A stretch of 32,000 bases of DNA from Leptolyngbyaceae cyanobacterium SM1_4_3 (GTDB lineage: Bacteria > Cyanobacteriota > Cyanobacteriia > Elainellales > Elainellaceae), in NCBI GenBank assembly GCA_012031415.1, contig JAAUTN010000019.1, forward strand, positions 2,325 through 34,324, written 5' to 3'. Below are positions 25,618 through 32,000 of the stretch, piece by piece. The notes beneath the pieces were generated by a model that was not told where the DNA came from, searched no databases, and saw only the letters and a list, made by a program, of their open reading frames with translations. How positions within the stretch are numbered: position 1 is the first letter of the stretch; every line of letters begins with the position of its first letter. The translations under genes and the position numbers were made by a program.

Positions 25618-26745
25618 CTATGCTGTTAACGCTAGACAGTCTGTTTCTGCCCAATGGATATAGAGAGAGGAATCTGGTTCAGCAGCAAGTTTAGCGCGGT
25701 TGGGCTGCAAAACGGTGAGGCGATCGCCCGACAGCAATTCGACTAAGTAGTGAACGTGAGTACCTAAATACATCGTATGCATCAGCCGCCCTTCAAAGCA
25801 GTTAACTGGGCTGCTGGGTTTTTCCAGACTAAGCTGAATCTTTTCAGGGCGCACACTCACAACCACCTGACCCGGTGTAGAGCCATTTGAGGACTCAGTT
25901 GGCTTAACCAAAATCTTTAGCCCCCGATCTGTCCTCACCTGCAACATCGCGTAATCTATCGTTTCTACTTGCCCCTTAAACAAGTTTGTATCGCCAATGA
26001 AATCGGCCACAAAGGGCGTTTGAGGATAGTCGTAAATCTGGTTGGGAGTGCCAATTTGCTCTAGCCTGCCATCATGCATCACCGCAATTCGGTCAGAGAG
26101 GCTCAAAGCTTCTTCCTGATCGTGAGTCACCATCACAAAGGTTACACCCAAATTTTTGTGCAGCGTCGAAAGCTCAACCTGCATCTCCTTGCGTAACTTC
26201 AAATCTAGTGCGCCCAGCGGTTCATCTAACAGCACCACTGTTGGGCGATTAACCAGCGCTCTGGCCACAGCCACCCGCTGTTGCTGCCCACCCGATAGCT
26301 GGGCTGGATAGCGACGAGCAAATTGCTCCATCTTGACTAAGCGCAGTGCTTCTTGCACTCGATTTTGAATTTCCGCCTTGCTCTGGCGCTTAATTCGTAA
26401 ACCAAAGGCAATATTCTCCCAAACGGACAGGTGGCTAAACAGGGCATAGCTTTGAAAAACTGTATTGACGGGGCGACGATAGGCTGGCACCCCAGACATT
26501 GACTTGCCGCGAATCAGCACCTCCCCCGCCGAGGGTTCTTCAAACCCAGCAATTAGCCTAAGCGTTGTCGTTTTGCCGCAGCCAGATGGACCTAAAATGC
26601 TAAAAAATTCACCCTGCCAAATGCCGAGATCAACTCCTCGGACGACGGTTTCGCCGTTAAATACCTTAAATATCTTGCGGAGTTCGACATCGAACCGCGT
26701 GTCTGTTTCAATGACGGGTCGATTTTGCATAGCAGTCTGAGACAT
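25618..26745 (-). CDS. potA: Spermidine/putrescine ABC transporter ATP-binding protein PotA
   Basis: Walker [10 protein letters not shown], signature LSGGQQQRV, Walker [13 protein letters not shown], and a C-terminal TOBE-like domain. The ORF track starts at the TTG at 26763; I prefer the ATG at 26745. Confidence 0.92.
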   Translation of the reverse strand: MSQTAMQNRPVIETDTRFDVELRKIFKVFNGETVVRGVDLGIWQGEFFSILGPSGCGKTTTLRLIAGFEEPSAGEVLIRGKSMSGVPAYRRPVNTVFQSYALFSHLSVWENIAFGLRIKRQSKAEIQNRVQEALRLVKMEQFARRYPAQLSGGQQQRVAVARALVNRPTVVLLDEPLGALDLKLRKEMQVELSTLHKNLGVTFVMVTHDQEEALSLSDRIAVMHDGRLEQIGTPNQIYDYPQTPFVADFIGDTNLFKGQVETIDYAMLQVRTDRGLKILVKPTESSNGSTPGQVVVSVRPEKIQLSLEKPSSPVNCFEGRLMHTMYLGTHVHYLVELLSGDRLTVLQPNRAKLAAEPDSSLYIHWAETDCLALTA

Positions 26746-27030
26746 CGTTGCAACTCTCCGCAATAGTTCCCAGTGAGGTGGTAAGTAGTTAATGCGTCCT
26801 AAGCCTATCTTTAGGCAGCTACTAAAAATTGATCGTTACGTGTGATACAGCTTACCCTGACCAATCAGCATAGCCTACTGCTGCATCAAGCCGCACCCCA
26901 TTAAAGCTAAGCTAGTTGCACCAACCAAACCAAGAATTACATCCACTAGGATACAAGATACTTACGAAGAAAATTGGACATTAAAAATTGGGCATTACTG
27001 GACATTGATTGACCTGGGAATGAATTAAAT

Positions 27031-27202
27031 CAGGACTTATGCCAACTCTCTTTAAGGCTAAACATTTTGGAGTGTACGCGGGGCACGCTCCAAAATGTTT
27101 AGCTTCATATAAAACGGTATTAAGCAAGTAGAATGCAAAATCAGGCGATCGCCAAGTTAACAATGGGCTTAGGACTCTTTACAACGGAATGCGTAAGCCC
27201 TG
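27031..27202. mobile_element. MITE-like element (TIRs CAGGACTTATGC / GCGTAAGCCCTG) carrying a nested hairpin insertion
   Basis: The TIRs match 10 of 12. The internal sequence from 27121 is collinear with the 17369 copy. The block 27043..27120, absent from that copy, contains the hairpin 27057..27103 (gctaaacattttggag...ctccaaaatgtttagc). Confidence 0.55.
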
Positions 27203-27309
27203 TTAAAGTTAGATGCAACCTTGGGGATCAGCTACGGTACTGCTTTGTAGAGACTAGCGGTAGACTAGGAAAGGTTTTTTCAGATGGAATTCGTCGAGGC
27301 TAATTTGTC

Positions 27310-29133
27310 GTGCCGATGACTCTAACCAAACATTCGTCTGCTACGACTCAGCAGCCCAATGCTCGTAATGTTGGCAAGCAATATCAGTCTTTGGTGGTGA
27401 TGCTGCTGGTTACTCTGACGCTGCTAGGGGGCATCGGGAGCCGCTTAACTTATTTGCAGTTGGTGCAGGGCGATCGCAACCGCCAGCTTGCTGACAACAA
27501 TCGCATTCGTTTGATTCCAAGACAGCCAGAGCGCGGCAAAATCTTAGACCGGGAAGGCAGAATCTTAGCGGGCAGTCGCTTATCTTACGCCGTTTTCCTC
27601 TGGCCAATCGCTAATCAAGCAGCCGAATGGAACAGAATTTCCCTGCGTCTTTCAGAGATTTTGAACATTCCCGCTGACCAAATCCAGTCCCGTTTAACGC
27701 AGGCAGGCTATACCTCTCCCTTCCTGGTGCGAATTGCCCGAGGCATCAGTCCGGCTCAGGTGACAGCGCTAGCTGAGTTCAGCCATGAATTGAAAGGCGT
27801 ACAGGTGCAGGCTGAAGCGGTACGAAACTATCCTCATGGTGATCTAGCCGCTCATGTAATTGGCTACACCGGAGAAATGACCGACGAGGAGCTAGCCGAG
27901 CGGGAAGATGAGGGCTATCGGCTGGGAGATGTCATCGGTCAAATGGGCGTTGAAGCTGCTTTTGAGCAACGACTACGGGGTGAATGGGGGGGACAGCAGG
28001 TAGAAGTAGACGGCATGGGTCACGTTTTGCGGGTGCTGGGTGAAAAAACTGCAACGGCTGGACAAGATGTGCAATTGACGCTGGACTTAGACTTGCAGCA
28101 AGCAGCCGAAACTGCTCTGGGTGAACGGAAAGGGGCGATCGTGGCGATCGATCCTCGGAATGGAGCCGTACTAGCAATGGTTAGCCGTCCTGCCTTTGAC
28201 CCCAATCTTTTCTCCACCCACATCACCGATGCCCAGTGGCAACAGCTTCAGGGCATGGATTTTCCGTTTGTTAACCGGGCGTTGCAGGGCTATCCACCCG
28301 CTAGCACCTTCAAGATTGTGACAACGACCGCTGCGATTGAGTCGGGAACATTTTCACCCGATACCGTTTTGCCAACCTATCCATTTATTCGAGCAGGCGG
28401 CATCGAGTTTTGGGATTGGAATCGGGCTGGGTTTGGCCCGCTCAGCTTTCCAGGTGCAATGGCCTGGAGCAGCGATACTTTCTTCTACCAAACCGCTATG
28501 AGAATGGGGGAAGAACCGTTAATCGAGTGGACTCGGCGCTATGGTTTTGGACGCAAAACCGGAATTGAAATTGCCTCCGAGGAAGCAGCAGGTCTGGTGC
28601 CTGATGAAGAATGGAAACTGGCTGAGCTAGACGAACCCTGGTATCAGGGCGACTCAATCAATATGTCGATTGGTCAGGGCTATTTGCAGGCTTCCCCGCT
28701 GCAAGTGGCAGTGATGTTTTCAGTCGCGGCAAATGGCGGAGATTTGGTTAGACCGCATTTACTCAGAGACAATGAGGCAGAACGGCAGTGGCGACAGTCG
28801 CTCAACTTACAGCCAGAAACAATCCGAATTTTGCAGCGAGGGCTGCGGCAGGTCGTCACCAGCGGCACGGGAAAAGCTGTGAACGCGCCAGGACTGCCTC
28901 CGCTTGCTGGAAAGAGCGGCACTGCCGAAGACCCACCTCGTGAATCTCACACCTGGTTTGGCGCATACGGACCAGAAGCTAACCCTGAGATCGTCGTGGT
29001 TGCCTTTGGAGAAAACTCTGGCGGCGGCGGCGGTTCTTTGGCTGCGCCAATGGTACGGCAGGTTTTAGAAACTTACTTTAAGGGGACACAGCCGACTGAA
29101 GCGTCCAGTCAGGAATCGGTTGTTTCGGATTAG
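27310..29133 (+). CDS. mrdA: Penicillin-binding protein 2 (elongation-specific transpeptidase)
   Basis: N-terminal membrane anchor and the transpeptidase motifs STFK, SSD and KSGTAE, with PBP2-type overall organisation. Confidence 0.9.
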   Translation: MPMTLTKHSSATTQQPNARNVGKQYQSLVVMLLVTLTLLGGIGSRLTYLQLVQGDRNRQLADNNRIRLIPRQPERGKILDREGRILAGSRLSYAVFLWPIANQAAEWNRISLRLSEILNIPADQIQSRLTQAGYTSPFLVRIARGISPAQVTALAEFSHELKGVQVQAEAVRNYPHGDLAAHVIGYTGEMTDEELAEREDEGYRLGDVIGQMGVEAAFEQRLRGEWGGQQVEVDGMGHVLRVLGEKTATAGQDVQLTLDLDLQQAAETALGERKGAIVAIDPRNGAVLAMVSRPAFDPNLFSTHITDAQWQQLQGMDFPFVNRALQGYPPASTFKIVTTTAAIESGTFSPDTVLPTYPFIRAGGIEFWDWNRAGFGPLSFPGAMAWSSDTFFYQTAMRMGEEPLIEWTRRYGFGRKTGIEIASEEAAGLVPDEEWKLAELDEPWYQGDSINMSIGQGYLQASPLQVAVMFSVAANGGDLVRPHLLRDNEAERQWRQSLNLQPETIRILQRGLRQVVTSGTGKAVNAPGLPPLAGKSGTAEDPPRESHTWFGAYGPEANPEIVVVAFGENSGGGGGSLAAPMVRQVLETYFKGTQPTEASSQESVVSD

Positions 29134-29140
29134 TCTCACT

Positions 29141-30067
29141 ATGACAAACTCTGTCACCGTTACTGTTTCTGCTACGACTGCGAACCTGGGGCCTGGGTTT
29201 GACTGCATTGGGGCGGCGTTGAGCTTGCATAACCAGTTTCGCTTTTCTCGGCTAAGCTCTAATTCTCACGATAGCCTGGCGATCGCCATCACAGGCTTAG
29301 ATGCCGAGCAAGTCAAAACCGACAATAGCAATTTAGCCTATCAAGCCTTTACCAAACTCTACTGTCACTTGGGGCAGCCCGTTCCCCCTGTGCAAATCGA
29401 GATTGACTTGGGCGTACCGCTTGCCAGAGGGTTGGGCAGTTCGGCGACAGCAATTGTAGGCGGGCTGTTAGGGGCAAATGAGCTAGCAGGAGCGCCGCTT
29501 GCTCAAGAGCAGATAATGGAATTGGCGATCGCCCTGGAAGGTCATCCCGACAATGTAGTTCCGGCCCTGATGGGCGGATGTCAGCTATCTGCATCAAATG
29601 CAGACGGCAACTGGACGATCTGTGATGTTCCCTGGCACAGCGACCTCATTCCTGTTCTGGCAATTCCCAATTTTGAACTGTCTACTAGCGAAGCCCGCCG
29701 AGTTTTGCCAACCCAATATAGCCGTGCCGATGCTATCTTCAACGTCGCGCATCTGGGTTTGCTGCTGCGTGGACTGGAAACCGCAAACCCAGACTGGCTG
29801 CGGACCGCTCTGCAAGATCGAATTCACCAGCCTTATCGCCAAACTTTGATTGCAGGCTTCGACCAGGTGCAAACCGCCGCGATCGCCGCAGGTGCTTATG
29901 GGCTAGTGATCAGCGGAGCCGGGCCAGCGCTGCTTGCCTTAACCAACCTGGATCGGGCAGAAGCCGTAGAAGCAGCGATCGCCACCACCTGGAAATCGGC
30001 AGGAATCACTGCTCAAGTTAAACCCTTGAAACTTGAGGAACGAGGAGCCTGGGTTGAACGGTTTTAA
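29141..30067 (+). CDS. thrB: Homoserine kinase
   Basis: ATTANLGPGFDCIGAAL and the GHMP motif PLARGLGSSATAIVGG. ATG at 29141 (the ORF-track start at 29120 is TTG). Confidence 0.92.
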   Translation: MTNSVTVTVSATTANLGPGFDCIGAALSLHNQFRFSRLSSNSHDSLAIAITGLDAEQVKTDNSNLAYQAFTKLYCHLGQPVPPVQIEIDLGVPLARGLGSSATAIVGGLLGANELAGAPLAQEQIMELAIALEGHPDNVVPALMGGCQLSASNADGNWTICDVPWHSDLIPVLAIPNFELSTSEARRVLPTQYSRADAIFNVAHLGLLLRGLETANPDWLRTALQDRIHQPYRQTLIAGFDQVQTAAIAAGAYGLVISGAGPALLALTNLDRAEAVEAAIATTWKSAGITAQVKPLKLEERGAWVERF

Positions 30068-30079
30068 GTCTGTGTCCAA

Positions 30080-31042
30080 ATGGCAAAACCACGCAAGCTA
30101 GAAGAACTGATTGAGCAGGTGAATCGATGTCGGGAATCTCCGACGACTGAAGTATCCGTCGAGGCACTGCGGCAGATTCTCAAGAGCAAACATTCTGTGG
30201 CGATCGCCTCTGCCGCCAAACTGATTGGAGAATCTGCGATCAGCGAACTCGTGCCTGACCTGATAGCAGCCTTTGACCGACTCATGGAAAAACCGATTGA
30301 GCGAGATATTGGCTGCACTGGAAAATTTAGAATCGCCGAAGCACTCTACAAAATGGAGCGCAGCGAAGCAGACCTTTTCCTAAGGGGCATTCGCCATCGG
30401 CAAATGGAGCCAGTTTGGGGTGGACAAGAAGACACCGCACCCAGTCTGCGTGGGGTTTGTGCCCTCGGCTTGGTGCGAATGAACTATCCCGATGTCCTGA
30501 ATGAACTGGCTGATCTGTTGGCTGACCCGATTCCCCTGGCACGGGCTGCTGCTGCTAGGGCGATCGCCTACAGTGGTAGCCATCAAGGAATTCCGCTGCT
30601 GCGTTTGCGCGTCAAACTGGGCGACGAACCGCAAGTACTTTCCGATTGCTTCACAGCTTTGATTAACATTGCTCCTGAACCTTCTTTGCCGCTGGTTGCC
30701 AGTTTTCTGAACGATGCCAATCCTCAAACCTGTGAAATGGCGGCCCTGGCGCTAGGCGAATCTCGTAGTCTAGTCGCCTTTGAACAACTCAAGCACTGGT
30801 GGTTACAGACAGCAAATAGAGAACTGCGAAAAACGGGACTGCTGGCGATCGCCATGCTGCGACAAGACGAACCGCTAAAATTTCTGCTATCGCTGGTGGC
30901 TGAGGGCAACAGTGCTGATGCGCGAGACGCGGTCGCAGCCCTGAGCCTCTATCAAACTGAAGCTGCACTGTGGCAACAGGTGATTCAAGCTGCTGCAACA
31001 CGAGGCGTAGCCGCAGCACTCATCTTAGGCGAATTTCAGTAG
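30080..31042 (+). CDS. HEAT-repeat protein
   Basis: Repeated helical units with the pattern D.....R..AA.ALG (LADPIPLARAAAARAIAYSG, NDANPQTCEMAALALGESRS). Confidence 0.6.
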   Translation: MAKPRKLEELIEQVNRCRESPTTEVSVEALRQILKSKHSVAIASAAKLIGESAISELVPDLIAAFDRLMEKPIERDIGCTGKFRIAEALYKMERSEADLFLRGIRHRQMEPVWGGQEDTAPSLRGVCALGLVRMNYPDVLNELADLLADPIPLARAAAARAIAYSGSHQGIPLLRLRVKLGDEPQVLSDCFTALINIAPEPSLPLVASFLNDANPQTCEMAALALGESRSLVAFEQLKHWWLQTANRELRKTGLLAIAMLRQDEPLKFLLSLVAEGNSADARDAVAALSLYQTEAALWQQVIQAAATRGVAAALILGEFQ

Positions 31043-31057
31043 CGCTAGATATGAATA

Positions 31058-31083
31058 GAACAAGGGGCTGAAGCCCCTTGTTC
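31058..31083. terminator. Hairpin GAACAAGGGGCTGAAGCCCCTTGTTC in a convergent gene gap, a possible bidirectional terminator
   Basis: 11-bp stem with a GC-rich core, placed between the stop at 31042 (+) and the stop at 31108 (-). Confidence 0.5.
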
Positions 31084-31107
31084 TACAGGTGAGTGCATGA
31101 CTGGAAC

Positions 31108-31794
31108 TTAACAGGCTCCCTGCTTTGATAGGACAACCCAAATCGTTTTGCCAATGAGATGAAGGTCATATCTGACTGACCAGCGGCGAAGATATCTCAG
31201 GTCAAGCTGCACAATCGCTTCAAAATCTATCACCTGAGAGCGTCCATTGACCTGCCATTCTCCAGTGATGCCGGGTTTCACTTCGAGCCGTTTCCAGTGG
31301 TGGTGGCTGTATTGCTTAACTTCATCTACTGTCGGTGGACGAGTGCCAACCAAACTCATGTCTCCCTGTAGCACGTTCCAAAACTGAGGCAATTCATCCA
31401 GGCTAGTGCGACGTAGAAACCGACCCACTCTGGTAATCCGAGGATCGTTGTCATTTTTAAACACATGACCGCTAGCCTGATTCACTACCTGAGACTTGAG
31501 TGCTTCAGCGTCAGTCACCATTGAGCGAAATTTCCAGATCTTGAACTGGCGGCCGCGATGCCCACAGCGAGTTTGGCTATAGAAGATTGGACCAGGGCTA
31601 TCAAGTTGAATGGCGATCGCCACTGGCACCACAACCAACGCGGTCAATAGCAGTCCTACCATTGCTCCTAAAATGTCAACACACCGTTTCATTTTGCTAT
31701 TGACGGAGCAATGGATATCAGCCGAACCTGTTGAACGAACCTGAGAACGAAAAGATGCAGAAACAGTAGCAAATTCAGGACTGGTAGTAACCAT
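31108..31794 (-). CDS. Bacterial sugar transferase (undecaprenyl-phosphate hexose-1-phosphate transferase, WbaP/EpsL-like)
   Basis: GPIFYSQTRCGHRGRQFKIWKFRSM, RTSLDELPQFWNVLQGDMSLVGTRPP and KPGITGEWQVNGRS are hallmark motifs. Confidence 0.88.
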   Translation of the reverse strand: MVTTSPEFATVSASFRSQVRSTGSADIHCSVNSKMKRCVDILGAMVGLLLTALVVVPVAIAIQLDSPGPIFYSQTRCGHRGRQFKIWKFRSMVTDAEALKSQVVNQASGHVFKNDNDPRITRVGRFLRRTSLDELPQFWNVLQGDMSLVGTRPPTVDEVKQYSHHHWKRLEVKPGITGEWQVNGRSQVIDFEAIVQLDLRYLRRWSVRYDLHLIGKTIWVVLSKQGAC

Positions 31795-32000
31795 GATGTA
31801 GAGTAGCCTGGGGAGAAATTCAAATTGAATTAACGAAACACGGAAGCGATCGTGAAAACTAGCAAGAAGAGCGTTTCAATTTAAGAACCCTGATTAAGTC
31901 GCTCTTTCAGCAGTATGGTTTTCCAACCCTGGAAACTACGCAGTCAAGGTCAGTCTTATTAAAAGCTTCAACAACTTGAGAAGGAAACCAAATAAAACCA

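Noticed and set aside
26940-27020. Repeated TGGACATT / TGGGCATT motifs (attggacattaaaaattgggcattactggacattgattgac) upstream of potA; considered as a regulator binding array
   Set aside because: The spacing is irregular, the site lies about 200 bp upstream of the potA start and next to a MITE end, and it matches no regulator consensus I know (for example NtcA GTA-N8-TAC).
26981-27163. 60-aa minus-strand ORF in the potA/mrdA gap
   Set aside because: It lies entirely within the MITE-like element and its nested hairpin, so the open frame is incidental.

Overview
This is a cyanobacterial chromosomal segment. I counted about 55 copies of the HIP1 octamer GCGATCGC by eye, where under 1 is expected by chance. 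I cannot assign a species.

Most genes are ordinary housekeeping or envelope genes:
- an MFS transporter (left edge) and a TolC-like outer-membrane factor with a long acidic N-terminal extension
- PPK2
- a Ser/Thr kinase with TPR region, followed by an overlapping pseudopilin gene
- thiC with its TPP riboswitch
- fasciclin, DUF4112, a stand-alone helical carotenoid protein and a Ycf20-like protein
- an ArnT-like glycosyltransferase and a PLD/cardiolipin-synthase-like protein
- a potA-potD-potB-potC polyamine ABC operon
- PBP2, thrB, a HEAT-repeat protein and a sugar phosphotransferase

I found no rRNA, tRNA, CRISPR array or transposase.

The accessory-looking part is an AT-richer, HIP1-poor patch at about 17.4-19.95 kb. 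It carries a convergent type II restriction-modification cassette: an m5C methyltransferase facing a controller (C) gene and an endonuclease.
- One 7-nt half-site, TGAATAC, forms a perfect 18-bp palindrome on the methyltransferase promoter.
- The same half-site brackets a 33-bp box in front of the C gene.
- The endonuclease reading frame is broken.

Other points worth a second look:
- a 7.5-copy 21-bp tandem array with 63-bp higher-order structure, inside an 845-bp repeat-mosaic intergenic region
- several dispersed hairpin/MITE-like repeat families, including one nested insertion
- many interrupted genes: five 1-nt frame breaks that look like homopolymer under-calls, plus two genes with real internal deletions
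- an overlapping DUF6888/DUF6887-like small gene pair

Everything rests on by-eye translation and motif recognition. No database search was possible.
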